From Babesia bigemina (Eukaryota), in NCBI RefSeq assembly GCF_000981445.1, contig NC_027217.1:2294001-2358000 (forward strand): a DNA stretch of 64,000 nt. Reading direction: 5' to 3'. The notes under the pieces were generated by a model. That model was not told the origin of the DNA, searched no databases, and was given only the letters and a program-made list of their open reading frames with translations. A program made the translations under genes and the position numbers. Within the stretch, counting starts at the first letter, position 1, and every line of letters starts with the position of its first letter. Shown here piece by piece: positions 48,772 through 59,772 of the stretch.

Positions 48772-51700
48772 ATGAGGTTGCTTTGGGATGATTCTGACAG
48801 CGATTCCGACCTCGAAACAATATGCGTTACCGACACACCCAGGTCGGATGTTGCTGACCCGTCCGAGATCGACTCTCATGAGTCTTCCCCGCAGGCAATC
48901 AACAATGCAGTTGAGAGAGGGACCCTGGCCCTCTCTGAACCGCCTGGAATATCTCCGTTTGCGTCGGCGGAGAACTTCGGCATGGTCGTGGCGCTTGAGC
49001 TGCACAACTTCAAGAGTTACCGAGGCACGGTCCGCATTTGCGAGTTCAAGAAGTTCACCGCCATCATCGGGCCCAATGGGTGCGGCAAGTCTAATTTGAT
49101 GGACGCCATATCGTTTGTGTTATGCGTGAGTTCGACGGTCTTGCGAGGGTTGAATTCGAAGGATCTCATCTACAAGCCTGGCGATGCCTCCGCCGAGCCT
49201 GTTGCAGAGGCGTACGTGGCGCTCACGCTGAATGGCGCGACTCGCCACGTTGTCTTTAAGCGCCACATCAGCCATGCCGGTGCGGTCACCTACTTCGTGG
49301 ACGCCACATCGGTCTCGTTCAAGCAGTACAAGGAGAGCCTGCGTGAGTACCGCATCAACACTCTGGGGTCAACGGGGTTGATATTCCAGGGCGCGGTGAA
49401 CGACATCGCATCTCGTTCGCCGGTTGAGTTGACGCGTTTGTTCGAGACCATAAGTGGCTCCTCCTTGTACGCGAAGCCCTACAGCTACATCAAGGAGAAG
49501 CTCGAGCGCAAACGCGTGGAATGTCGCGATTTGGCGTCGCGCAAGCGAACTCTTCAGCAGGAACTGCGCCAGTATCGCAGCATGGTGACAAAGGGCATCG
49601 ACTACGACGAGGTGTTGTCGCAGTACAAACGCGCTGAAGCGCGCAAGCACGCCTGCGAATTCCGCCTGCACGAGGTCAAGTTCTCCGCGCACAAGTCGGA
49701 GTACCTGCAGCTGTGTCAGCGTGCTGCTGAGTTGAACGAGCGCTGGTCTACGATGCAGGCGAAGCGAGACGAGCTTGAGAGGCAGCGGGCGGCACTGTAC
49801 TTCGAGCAGGGGCAGTTGCACAGGACGATACAGGATAAGCAACGCGCGGTTCTGTCGAAGAAGGAGTCCATGAGCGAGTATTACGAGCAAAAGTCTAGTT
49901 TAGAACAGCGGATTTCCGAGTTCGACTCTTTGCGCCAGTCGATTGAGAAGGACGTGGACAATCTGCGGCGTGAGCATGAGGAGTTGTGCTCGCAGGAGAA
50001 CCAGCTGTGCGATGACATCGACGTTTTAACAGCCGAACTCGAGGGGTTGAGCACCACGTTGTCACTGACTCCAGCGCAACGTCAGAAATACGAGAGTTTG
50101 CTGCAGAGCTTCAACAAGATAACCTCCTCCCTTCGTGTAAAGCTGAATATCGGGCGCGGTAAGCTGACCGCTTTGTCCTCCGACGCGGATAACATTCGGG
50201 CCGAGCTCGACTTGCTGAACAAGTACCACGCCAAGCTTGTGGAGGCAGCGAAGCCGCACGCCGGCATGTACGACAGCCTGTGCACGCGTCTTCGTGAGAC
50301 TCAGGACTCGTTGGAGCTCCTTTCCATGACGCAGTCGCGGCTGGAGCATGAGCGTTCGCAGGTGTCCTCACGGCGCGCGGCGCTGCAGGAGGAGAAGACG
50401 GCCCTTGACGAGAACCTCAAGACGCTGAACGTCGCGAAGGTGGAGTACCGCCAGATTCTGCGGCGCAGAAACTACACGCAGGAGCTGGTGTCGGCTATTC
50501 CTGGCGTGCACGGCGAGGTGATATCGCTCTGTGAAATCACGAACGCGTGTTACCACGACGGGATCATGGCCGCACTTAATACGCGCAGCCATATGATCGT
50601 GACTGACGATATGTCCGCCATCAAAGCCTGCATCAAGAAGCTGTGCAGCGACCGCGTTCACAAGCGTGACTTTTTGCCGTTGGACTCTCTCAAGCAGAGC
50701 AAGCTGGACCACCGTAAGCGCATATCCGACCTGCTTCGCATGCGTGGCGTTCGCGTGCAGTACACGTTTGCAATCGACTGCTTGGTTTTCCAGCGGCAGT
50801 ACGGTTCGCTGTTTGAGCACCTGGTCGGCGACACCGTGGTGGTGCAAAGCCTCGATGACGCTGAGGTTTTGATATCTGCCGACATGGGCCACTCGATGAG
50901 CTTCAATGTCGTGACGCAAAAGGGCCAGGTGATCACCCGCGACAGGACTATCATCCTCGATTCTGCCGTGTATACCAAAAAATCGCATCTCGAACTAGAG
51001 CTGGCCGAATTCGGGCGCCTCACACTGAAGTCCGAGCGCCTTGACCAGGATATCCACGTCTTAACGAAGAAACTCACTGGCATTGAGAATGAGCTGCAGG
51101 ACACCATCGGCCGCATACAAAAACACCGCAGGGCTGCTGAGCTTCTGAAGATGAAGGTGGATTTCGCCCAGCGCCAGAAGCAGGCGTCCGACCAGCAGCT
51201 GCGCAACTCGGAAACCAAACTCGGAGCCGTTCGCTTGAGGTTGTCTGCTGCACAGGATGAAGTGGATAAGATGCGCGCCGAGCTTGCGAAGGATGAAGCG
51301 GTTTTGCTGGGGTTGCAGCAGAACCATTTCGAGGACCTAAACGAGGAGTTGGGCGTTGACGTGTACGGGGTCATGAACTCTCGTCAGGACTCCGCCGTCC
51401 GCGTCGAGTCTTATCTGGAGCGCAAGCGCGCGCTGCTAACTCGCTGCGAACGTGACAAGGTTGAAATCGAAAACCGCATTGAGGACCTGCGTGAAAGCGT
51501 TCTGGCCGACGTGGTGGCCCAGCACCAGAGCGCTCTTGCGGAGCTGCATGCACTCCTGAAAGGCAACCAATCACTCTATCGCGAACTCGACGAATTAGAA
51601 AGTGACCTGGGGAAAGACCGCGAGAAGTTCGATTCCTTATCACGCGAAATCGAGAAGTGCCATGAGCGTATCAAGTTTGTTCAGTACGACTGCGACTACG

Positions 51701-52830
51701 GCATTGACAATGCAGATCCCTCGCAGGGGGATACGACAACTGATGTCGATGATGCTACTGGTGGTGACATTGTTATGCTATCTGAAGATGACGGATACGT
51801 CGCGGGCCCTCGAGACAACGGCAGGAACGCTACCACCGGACGCGTGGTCCCGCTCAGCGAATCCAAGGAAGCAGTAGCAGCCCAACTGTTGAGCTTGGTA
51901 GGCACGATGCGCGATCTACAACGGCAAGCGATCAAGTTGGTAGAAGAATGTCGTCTGAGGAATGTGGAGTGCAAGATAGAGGTGCCAGAGTCACTGGTCA
52001 CCACTTCCTCCGATTTTGTGCCCGACTTCCCCCGGCTGGTCAATACCGATTTGATAGAAGGCGTCGCCAGCAGTGAAAGCGGGCTCGAGGATTTCATAAA
52101 ACGCTTAGAAGACCAAATGCATTCACTACGCAAGAGTCTCGGGGCTTCTCGTGCGTGTGACGATGCCGAAGTGCGCCTGAAACGCACGCAGGTGGACATC
52201 GATCACCTGGACACCGAAATGGCCTCTGCCAAGTCGGAATGCACCAGCCTGGAATCCGATTTCGAGCGCATCAAGAAAGAACGCACGAGTCTGTTCATGA
52301 ACTGTTTCCAGAGCGTCAAGGCTCTGGTGGGTCCCATATACCGCAGCCTTTCAGCTCGGGACGATACCGACGAGATGAGCGGGGGCTCTGCGTTCCTGAC
52401 GTTAGATGACGACGTGTCAGGCAGCGTCTCCGAGCCGTTCCTCTGTAGCATCCGCTACAACACGATGCCGCCCATGAAGAAGTTCCTGGATCTGAGCCTG
52501 CAGAGCGGTGGTGAGAGGGCGGTCTCTTCCCTCGCGCTGCTGTTGGCCCTGCACAGCTTCAGGCGCTCTCCGTTCGTGGTCTTTGACGAGATCGACGCGA
52601 ACCTGGATAACGTGAAGGTGCATAGCCTGGTGTCGTTTTTGCAGCGCAGCGCGTTTCAGGTGATCATCATATCGCTGAAGGCGCCGCTGTTTTCCCGCGC
52701 CGACATGCTGGTCGGCGTGTACTCACGGCACGAAAGCGCGTCATCTAACTGCGTCGTGCTGAACCTAGAGGAGTACGGGTGCTCCAGCGAGGGCGATTCC
52801 GCCATTGCCGCTAATGGCACTGTATTGTAG
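48772..52830 (+). CDS. SMC1: Structural maintenance of chromosomes protein 1 (cohesin)
   Basis: LELHNFKSY, Walker A GPNGCGKSNLMDAISFVL, coiled coils, hinge (PGVHGEV..LC), YNTMPPMKKF, SGGE and Walker B/D-loop FDEIDANLD. An alternative start lies at 48982. Confidence 0.92.
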   Translation: MRLLWDDSDSDSDLETICVTDTPRSDVADPSEIDSHESSPQAINNAVERGTLALSEPPGISPFASAENFGMVVALELHNFKSYRGTVRICEFKKFTAIIGPNGCGKSNLMDAISFVLCVSSTVLRGLNSKDLIYKPGDASAEPVAEAYVALTLNGATRHVVFKRHISHAGAVTYFVDATSVSFKQYKESLREYRINTLGSTGLIFQGAVNDIASRSPVELTRLFETISGSSLYAKPYSYIKEKLERKRVECRDLASRKRTLQQELRQYRSMVTKGIDYDEVLSQYKRAEARKHACEFRLHEVKFSAHKSEYLQLCQRAAELNERWSTMQAKRDELERQRAALYFEQGQLHRTIQDKQRAVLSKKESMSEYYEQKSSLEQRISEFDSLRQSIEKDVDNLRREHEELCSQENQLCDDIDVLTAELEGLSTTLSLTPAQRQKYESLLQSFNKITSSLRVKLNIGRGKLTALSSDADNIRAELDLLNKYHAKLVEAAKPHAGMYDSLCTRLRETQDSLELLSMTQSRLEHERSQVSSRRAALQEEKTALDENLKTLNVAKVEYRQILRRRNYTQELVSAIPGVHGEVISLCEITNACYHDGIMAALNTRSHMIVTDDMSAIKACIKKLCSDRVHKRDFLPLDSLKQSKLDHRKRISDLLRMRGVRVQYTFAIDCLVFQRQYGSLFEHLVGDTVVVQSLDDAEVLISADMGHSMSFNVVTQKGQVITRDRTIILDSAVYTKKSHLELELAEFGRLTLKSERLDQDIHVLTKKLTGIENELQDTIGRIQKHRRAAELLKMKVDFAQRQKQASDQQLRNSETKLGAVRLRLSAAQDEVDKMRAELAKDEAVLLGLQQNHFEDLNEELGVDVYGVMNSRQDSAVRVESYLERKRALLTRCERDKVEIENRIEDLRESVLADVVAQHQSALAELHALLKGNQSLYRELDELESDLGKDREKFDSLSREIEKCHERIKFVQYDCDYGIDNADPSQGDTTTDVDDATGGDIVMLSEDDGYVAGPRDNGRNATTGRVVPLSESKEAVAAQLLSLVGTMRDLQRQAIKLVEECRLRNVECKIEVPESLVTTSSDFVPDFPRLVNTDLIEGVASSESGLEDFIKRLEDQMHSLRKSLGASRACDDAEVRLKRTQVDIDHLDTEMASAKSECTSLESDFERIKKERTSLFMNCFQSVKALVGPIYRSLSARDDTDEMSGGSAFLTLDDDVSGSVSEPFLCSIRYNTMPPMKKFLDLSLQSGGERAVSSLALLLALHSFRRSPFVVFDEIDANLDNVKVHSLVSFLQRSAFQVIIISLKAPLFSRADMLVGVYSRHESASSNCVVLNLEEYGCSSEGDSAIAANGTVL

Positions 52831-52881
52831 ATTTTACACTCTAATTTAATTTTTGCAAGTTTGGCATGGAATGTATGCACC

Positions 52882-53324
52882 TCAGGCGCCCACGCGGTCT
52901 CTCGGGATGAGCCTGAGGTTCGGTCCGTACTTGAGGAATACAGCGCCTGCGGGTTTTAAAGGCCTACGTGCAGACACGGCTGCTCACCTGCAGTCTGGCT
53001 TGGGTTAACACCCACTCCGTCGCTCGTGATGCACGCGCAGGTGTTCGGGTTGAGTTTGAACTGCGTGGTTTTCGCACGTATCACCCTAGCAACGCACCTC
53101 CTCCGCGCTGAACTTGATGACGGCAGAGAAAGGCGCATTCTCCGGCACGGAAAGCCTGTTAGCATAACTTTGCAATTCTCGGCGTATGTGCACCTACACT
53201 TTGAACGGCTGGCTGGAATCCGACGCCAGGATCATCTTGAAGGTGATTTTACTGCCAGTCTATGACGGTCGCAGCTTGGCACTTACGGCGCTGGCTGCGC
53301 TTGATCGGCGGGAGCTGACGACAT
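52882..53324 (-). CDS. UFM1: Ubiquitin-fold modifier 1, 5 exons (not visible as a single ORF)
   Basis: Manual splicing over four GT-AG introns gives MSSAPADQAQPAP|KITFKMILASDSSQPFKV|LSVPENAPFSAVIKFSAEE|FKLNPNTCACITSDGVGVNPSQTA|GAVFLKYGPNLRLIPRDRVGA*. Confidence 0.95.
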
Positions 53325-53708
53325 GTTGACGGAATAATGCGATGCTTATGCGATGGATGCTGTGTGTTAAATTTTACTAGGTGTTGTTCCGCCGGGGCTG
53401 CGCGCCGCTCTCCCGCGGGCCAGACACACTTACACGATATGGTATGTGCGTGTGACCCATACCACAACACGGCTGCATTTGGCCAGGGTTCTGACTTGGG
53501 AAGTGTGATATTCATCAAGAACATAGCAGTATTTTGACTCCTCCCCGCAAGTAGCTCTCCGGGAACGCCGTGAGACAGCGTTAACTCCAAGCGGGCGCAA
53601 TAATGCAGCTTAATGTAACCGCGATCCAAACGATAATGTTTATTAGATTTGCTCCCAGATCGTGCCGTTGGTCGCCCTTCCAGGCTGCAGCGAGTTATTC
53701 AGGCATTT

Positions 53709-56700
53709 TCACTTCTCCATTGCGTCGTCCGGAATGCATACGCTGAGGATTCTCAGATCTTCGCAGTGCTCCTGCTGGATGCCCATCCTTGTGTTGCATT
53801 GGTGTACGAATTCTGCGATGTCCGTTTTCAGCTGCGCCCTGATCAGGCCGAGGTCTGCGATGAGGTAGTTGGCGCCCTGCTCCTTGACCCTGACGTTTTT
53901 GGAGTTCAGCAGCGATTCGTTGAGGTTCTGCACCGTTTGCAGGAGCTTCAACACCTGGTTCCGGTATTCAGACGCAAGTGTGGCGACAGTCTGGGTCAAA
54001 ATCTTGCGCGCCAGGTCCTGCGGGATCGACGGCGACGTGAACTCCTTGAACGACAGCAGCGGGACCAGCGTGTACTTCACGTAGTTGCTGGGTTTGCTGA
54101 CATCCTGCTTGGTGGCGGACCTGAACTTGGATGGCATCGACTGCAGGAACTGCAAGCTGCATGTGGCACCTGATACCAAGTTTTGTATCACGAGGTACTC
54201 CAGATTGTATTTGAGGGCCTCTATTTGCTCGTGCGCGCTGTTGAAAAAATTGTAGAGCAGCTCTATGCTGGTTTTCGTAAACGTAACAAGCGCCCTGACG
54301 TCCGCTAGGTCTTCTGTTGGCAGCTTGTCGGCATAGCCCTGTGCCGTGGCGGTCGTGTTGTCGCCGTCCTCATGGGAACGATGAGAGTCGTTAGATTTGT
54401 GCGCCTCCTTCCACAATTCATCCAACAGATCTCTGGACCGCTGTGTCAACGCCCTAGAGGTATCGTCAGCGTCGACGCCGCTGAGGGCGAATGAGAGGCG
54501 TTTAAATGCAACCTGCAACGGGTACTCCAGCCTTCTCATCGCCGCCTTAACGATGTCGCCGTCCGATTTGCCTTCTAAAAGTACAATAGTGGAGGGAAGG
54601 TTACTCGAATCTAACGCCGATTGCAGGTCTTTGGAATGGGCATCCATTTCGGTTTCATTTGGAGGCGATTGAGAGGGCGTGTTGGGGTCGACAGAAACAT
54701 AGGTCGACGTCGTTCCACCGCTGCTGGTGCTGCCGCTTGACGCCTTGGGTGAGCTCTGGCCACTGTCGGAACTATCCCACGTGTGAGCCACCCGTGGGAA
54801 GCTAGCGCCATAGTCGGATTCCCTGGCATCCACGGGCATGGCCGAGAGTGTGACGCTGAGGGCGTCAGTGCTCCCCGAATTTATGGCGGTTTCAATTGCG
54901 TCTAGGTCGTGCAACATGTAGGCGGCATTAGTCACGGCCTCTCCGGACTCGGTGCTGTCTTTGGACTCGTTGGCGTAAATGGACTCCATTTTAGACACGG
55001 TTGCCTGGAGGTATTTTACATACTCCGCAAACATCTCCGACGCGCCTCTAAGGTATTGCGGCACCAGATGGTAGAAGAAGTTGCGGTGCTTGAACAAAGC
55101 TAGCAGCTGCCTATGCAGCACCATGGAGGGCGGTAGGTAGAACGTCTGGCCATCTCCCTCATGCAGTTTGCCCGTAATGTTTCCGTTGGTGGTTATCTCG
55201 GCCGTTAGCTCCCTTGCAGCATTCTCGATGAAGTTGTCACAGACAGCCCCGACGCTGAAACACCTGGATACGGTATTGGGTATGTCCGACCCTCTCCATT
55301 TCAGGTAGTGGCGGTAGCTGCCCGCCGCAATTTCGATGTTCTCAATCAGGTGGTCGTAGGCCTCCAAATTGCTCGCGAAGCGATCCACATATATGGGGAA
55401 ATAGATCGCAGAAAAATGCTTCTCGATGTGCTTCAACAGCTCTTTTGCAATCCCATCGAAAATACAAATCACTTTAAATCTATCATTTCCCCACGCATGG
55501 GCTAAATCGTTCAGCAGTTGCATTGCAATGCTGTATTGCGGGTGGAGAAGGCGTTCAATGGCCATGTCAACGAAGTTGGTAAAATGATTCGCTTCTCCAT
55601 GGGGGCTGAGTGGCACGTAGCCCTGCTCGCTTTGCACCAGCTCACCCACAATCGTGTTTAGGATGGGCTTGACAAAGACCTGGGTGAATATATCAACAAA
55701 GGGTAGGATGGCAGTGTTGCAGCCCGCCGTAGGCAGTCGCAGTTGTTCTCCCCCCTTTATGAGTGAGCATAGCCCGTTAACATGGGCTGCGATGTCGCGA
55801 GGTGGCTTTCGGCACGCGGTTACATTTAGGTCTTCCTGCAGGCAGATATTCGACCGCTCGGTGTATAACGTGAACAGGGCTGTCATTTCACTTTTGGTGC
55901 ACGTGTCGGTGAGCTTGATGAGGCTGGCGTGGAGACGGAGAACGCTCTTAGACGCAGATTCGACTGCGTAAATCGACCGCAGCTCCTCTAATTCGTTCCA
56001 TTTCAGCAGCTTCTCCATTTCCAGGACGTTCTCTATATTTGTTTTCCCGGGGTCGATCGATACGTCCTCATGCAGACCCAGTTGCTCGGGGTCAACCTCC
56101 TTCAACGTTTTTTGGCAATAGTTCACGTATTCGGTGATAGCATTTTCGTAATGCTCGCCCTGTTTAAGCAGCCTCTGTATCCTGTTGATCTCAGACGGTA
56201 TGACCTCTAAGATTGCCCAATCGTTTGTCACAGTTCGCTTGTCGTCATCAGATTTTACGACGTCGCCAGCTTTTTCCACAAGTCGGGCGCATCTGTCAAG
56301 CGCATCTATGGCCCTCAATACAATGTTGGCGTCACTCTTCACGCTAACGTCATCTTCCGTCGCGAATGTATCGATTATCTCTTCGGAGATGCTTTCCAGG
56401 TGTTTGACAGCCTCCAGGTGGGTTGACAGCGCCATTTTGGCATAGGAAACAGCGACGAACCTAGACAAACTCAGCTTGATGTGTGACTTTCTTTGCTTGA
56501 TTGAGCTCCTACCGATGTCAAGCTGCCGCGAAGACTCCTTCAGCACATCCTTGAACGGTAGCAAAGACTGGATAGTAGACTCAATAGTGTCGTTGAAAGG
56601 AGTCGCAGTTGATACTAGTGGCTTCAGAATGCCTGAGGCGTTGGACTGGCACGATGCCAGCAGCGCCTTAAGCTCACGTCTGATATCATCCAGAGAAACC

Positions 56701-56840
56701 GATTCGAGCCTTGTTGCAACGTACTCTCCCGGCGACCTCACCTGTAAGCTAACAGATTTGAGCTGTTCGATCGCCTCGTTGTAGAGCTCTACATTCTTGG
56801 CATCGTCTGCCAGGTCCGCCTTGGGTTTAACAGTTAGCAT
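53709..56840 (-). CDS. COG2: Conserved oligomeric Golgi complex subunit 2-like
   Basis: N-terminal SLDDIRREL coiled coil. The C-terminal MPSKFR...KPSNYV...LVPL...VLKLLQTV..LNESL...IRAQLKTDI resembles the COG2 C-terminal domain. First ATG at 56840; the ORF opens at GTG 56867. Confidence 0.7.
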   Translation of the reverse strand: MLTVKPKADLADDAKNVELYNEAIEQLKSVSLQVRSPGEYVATRLESVSLDDIRRELKALLASCQSNASGILKPLVSTATPFNDTIESTIQSLLPFKDVLKESSRQLDIGRSSIKQRKSHIKLSLSRFVAVSYAKMALSTHLEAVKHLESISEEIIDTFATEDDVSVKSDANIVLRAIDALDRCARLVEKAGDVVKSDDDKRTVTNDWAILEVIPSEINRIQRLLKQGEHYENAITEYVNYCQKTLKEVDPEQLGLHEDVSIDPGKTNIENVLEMEKLLKWNELEELRSIYAVESASKSVLRLHASLIKLTDTCTKSEMTALFTLYTERSNICLQEDLNVTACRKPPRDIAAHVNGLCSLIKGGEQLRLPTAGCNTAILPFVDIFTQVFVKPILNTIVGELVQSEQGYVPLSPHGEANHFTNFVDMAIERLLHPQYSIAMQLLNDLAHAWGNDRFKVICIFDGIAKELLKHIEKHFSAIYFPIYVDRFASNLEAYDHLIENIEIAAGSYRHYLKWRGSDIPNTVSRCFSVGAVCDNFIENAARELTAEITTNGNITGKLHEGDGQTFYLPPSMVLHRQLLALFKHRNFFYHLVPQYLRGASEMFAEYVKYLQATVSKMESIYANESKDSTESGEAVTNAAYMLHDLDAIETAINSGSTDALSVTLSAMPVDARESDYGASFPRVAHTWDSSDSGQSSPKASSGSTSSGGTTSTYVSVDPNTPSQSPPNETEMDAHSKDLQSALDSSNLPSTIVLLEGKSDGDIVKAAMRRLEYPLQVAFKRLSFALSGVDADDTSRALTQRSRDLLDELWKEAHKSNDSHRSHEDGDNTTATAQGYADKLPTEDLADVRALVTFTKTSIELLYNFFNSAHEQIEALKYNLEYLVIQNLVSGATCSLQFLQSMPSKFRSATKQDVSKPSNYVKYTLVPLLSFKEFTSPSIPQDLARKILTQTVATLASEYRNQVLKLLQTVQNLNESLLNSKNVRVKEQGANYLIADLGLIRAQLKTDIAEFVHQCNTRMGIQQEHCEDLRILSVCIPDDAMEK

Positions 56841-57368
56841 CTTATCCTGCTTGTAATGCGATGCCACAAGGCGTGTAATGCTTTAAGCGTGACACACGTG
56901 GGCTCCTATGCGCCTTTGCATCCGATGTGTAGCCCTTGGCGTGACACAATTGCAATTCGAGCTAGACGTTAGCCGCTCCTGGCTGCAAACGTCTACGAGG
57001 CAACCAGGAGGTGTGTCATCGATTTTATAACCCGGTGTAGGATAGTTCTGAAATTGTTAACCGGTTTGGCTTGCACCGTTCGTATCACCTGATGGCGTTA
57101 GTGGTGGTTACCGTTCTGGGCCTTGGCCTCCCTAGGCACGTCACCGTCATGTCCTTCCACGCTCAGTCACAGTTTTATTGAGTTGGAGGGGTGTCTCCTC
57201 CTCGACCTATTTTTATGTTCCAGGTGTGTATTTTCAGGAGAATAATCGCGCGTATATTTGGCGATTTCTCGAGGAGGTGACAGGAGCGGCCGGTACTAAT
57301 TGGCCAAGTTGGCCCGGAGCTTGGCCACGGCACCATATCGTATCGTTACTCGCTTGTTCGTAGCCGCA

Positions 57369-58739
57369 ATGGACGAGGTCAACGAGCCCATAGACCTCAG
57401 CGAGGTGGTCCTGATGAGCGACGCCGAGGTTCGCGCCAGGATCAACATGATAGACGCTGAAATAAAGATTTTGAAGAGCGAGCACACCCGCCTCAAATCT
57501 CGGCAGATCACGATGCAGGAGCGCATCAAGGACAACCAGGAGAAGATACAGCTGAACAAACAGCTGCCTTACTTGGTGTCCAACGTGGTAGAGCTGCTGG
57601 ACCTGGAAGACGAGGAGGAGGATGCCGGTGTTCAGGGCATTGAGATGAAACGCAAGGGCAAGTCTTTGGTGATTAAAACGTCAACTCGCCAGGTAAATGT
57701 CTAATTGCGCTTCGCTGGACTAATGTGTTTGCAGACCATCTTTCTCCCGGTGATAGGTCTGATCCCGCACACCATGCTCCACCCAGGCGACCTTGTCGGG
57801 GTCAACAAGGACAGCTACCTGGTGTTGGACAAGCTGCCACCGGAGTATGACAACCGTGTGAAGGCAATGGAGGTCTGCGAAAAGCCAATTGAGGACTATT
57901 CCGATATCGGCGGTTTGGACAAGCAAATCCAGGAACTCATAGAGGCAATCGTGCTTCCCATCACTCACAAGGCGCTGTTTGAGAAGATTGGCATAAAGCC
58001 GCCAAAGGGTGGGTTGTTTTCCCGCGTTGTCTTAAGTATGCGTGCAGGTGTTTTGATGCATGGACCGCCTGGGACTGGTAAGACGCTGCTAGCGCGTGCC
58101 TGCGCCGCTCAGACCAAGGCCACGTTCGTGAAGTTGGCCGGGCCACAGCTGGTACAAATGTTCATCGGTGATGGCGCGAAGATGGTGCGCGACGCCTTTA
58201 ATTTGGCTAAAGAGAAAGCTCCGACCATCATATTCATCGACGAGATCGATGCCATCGGTACCAAGCGTTTCGACAGTGAGCTTTCCGGTGACCGTGAGGT
58301 TCAGCGTACTATGCTTGAGCTACTGAACCAACTGGACGGTTTCAGCAGCGACGACCGCGTGAAGGTTATTGCGGCAACCAACCGGCCGGACACGTTAGAC
58401 CCAGCGCTTTTGCGATCTGGACGTTTGGATCGCAAAATCGAGCTTCCGCATCCTAACGAGGGTTGGTTCTCACCACATTTTGGACATGTTGTTTCAGAGG
58501 CCCGTGCGCACATCATGCAGATCCACTCGCGTAAAATGAACGTGCACCCCGACGTGAATTTCTTGGAGCTTGCCCGCTCGACAGAGGACTTCAACGGCGC
58601 CCAACTGAAGGCCGTCTGTATCGAGGCAGGCATGGTAGCTCTGCGTCGAGGCGCCAAGGAGCTGGATCACAACGACTTCGTAGAGGGCATCGCAATGATG
58701 AGCGCGAAGAAAAAGACGACCCTAAACTATCTCAACTAG
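57369..58739 (+). CDS. RPT5: 26S proteasome AAA-ATPase subunit RPT5 (PSMC3/6A), 4 exons
   Basis: [60 protein letters not shown] and [19 protein letters not shown]. Confidence 0.97.
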
Positions 58740-59772
58740 TTAACAATGACGCGTTCAATTCTGTTTTTCTGTATTCCCTCTACACTGTATCCCACTTCTT
58801 CTGTTGATGCTGCACCTCGACTGCGATTCTCAATCCCTCATGAACACTAAAACAAACGCGGCCCCCCTCTAAACGTAAATATGAACACTGTAATGTTTGA
58901 GGCATTGCAGACGCCTTATTATTAAAGAATATAACCCATTGAACTATAATGTTTATTTATACTTCACGAGGATGCTACCACTAGCGATTTGTGGGTCAGG
59001 CCCCTTGTCGTGTTTTGGAAGATTACGCCTCTGACGCTAATTATATCGGTTGTACAGTGGAGACCATATAATCGACACGCGTGTTTTCTGTCAGACATTA
59101 TGGCGTCCATCTAGTTAGGGTCAGAGGGTCTGCTAGAGTCGTACTCTTACCTTTGTTTCACGTCACTCTTCGCAACGTATGAGTTTGTTGCTCTAACATC
59201 GCGTTGGATGTGGTAAATGTGCGATAAGAGATGCTAAGTGCTAGTAGGTGCATATTATAATATCGTTTCACGATTCCTTTCCACGTCACAACATGTGGTA
59301 CAACCATGGGCATCGTCTGATCCTTTAAGAGGTATGGACGCCTTTCACGCTCCTATGGCATCGTCTACACAACGTTATATGCGCTGAAGATCGCCACAGC
59401 GAGAATGGTGATAGCATTGCGATGATAATCTATCGCCAATAATGGGTGTCTTGCTGAGGAGAATTTTCTCGGGAAGTGCAACGATACCTCATATAATAAT
59501 TATTTTGTTATATTGTACATATAAATATCTATCAATAGTAGAACGCAACCTTTGTTGCCCCCTAGAGTGGTATCTTAGTGCTGTTTATTTTTTAATGAAA
59601 ATTTATCCGTAACAAGGCAGCTAGCTGGGGAGATGGAATCTTCACTGCCACTGCTTCAAAAAATTACCAGCCCTACTTATTAATTAAGGCATCTTTTCAT
59701 GCGCGGTAAGTTGGTGGAAGGCCATTTTTACTCAAGATTATTTTTGTCTGTCGTCCGACGCAAAATATAACC

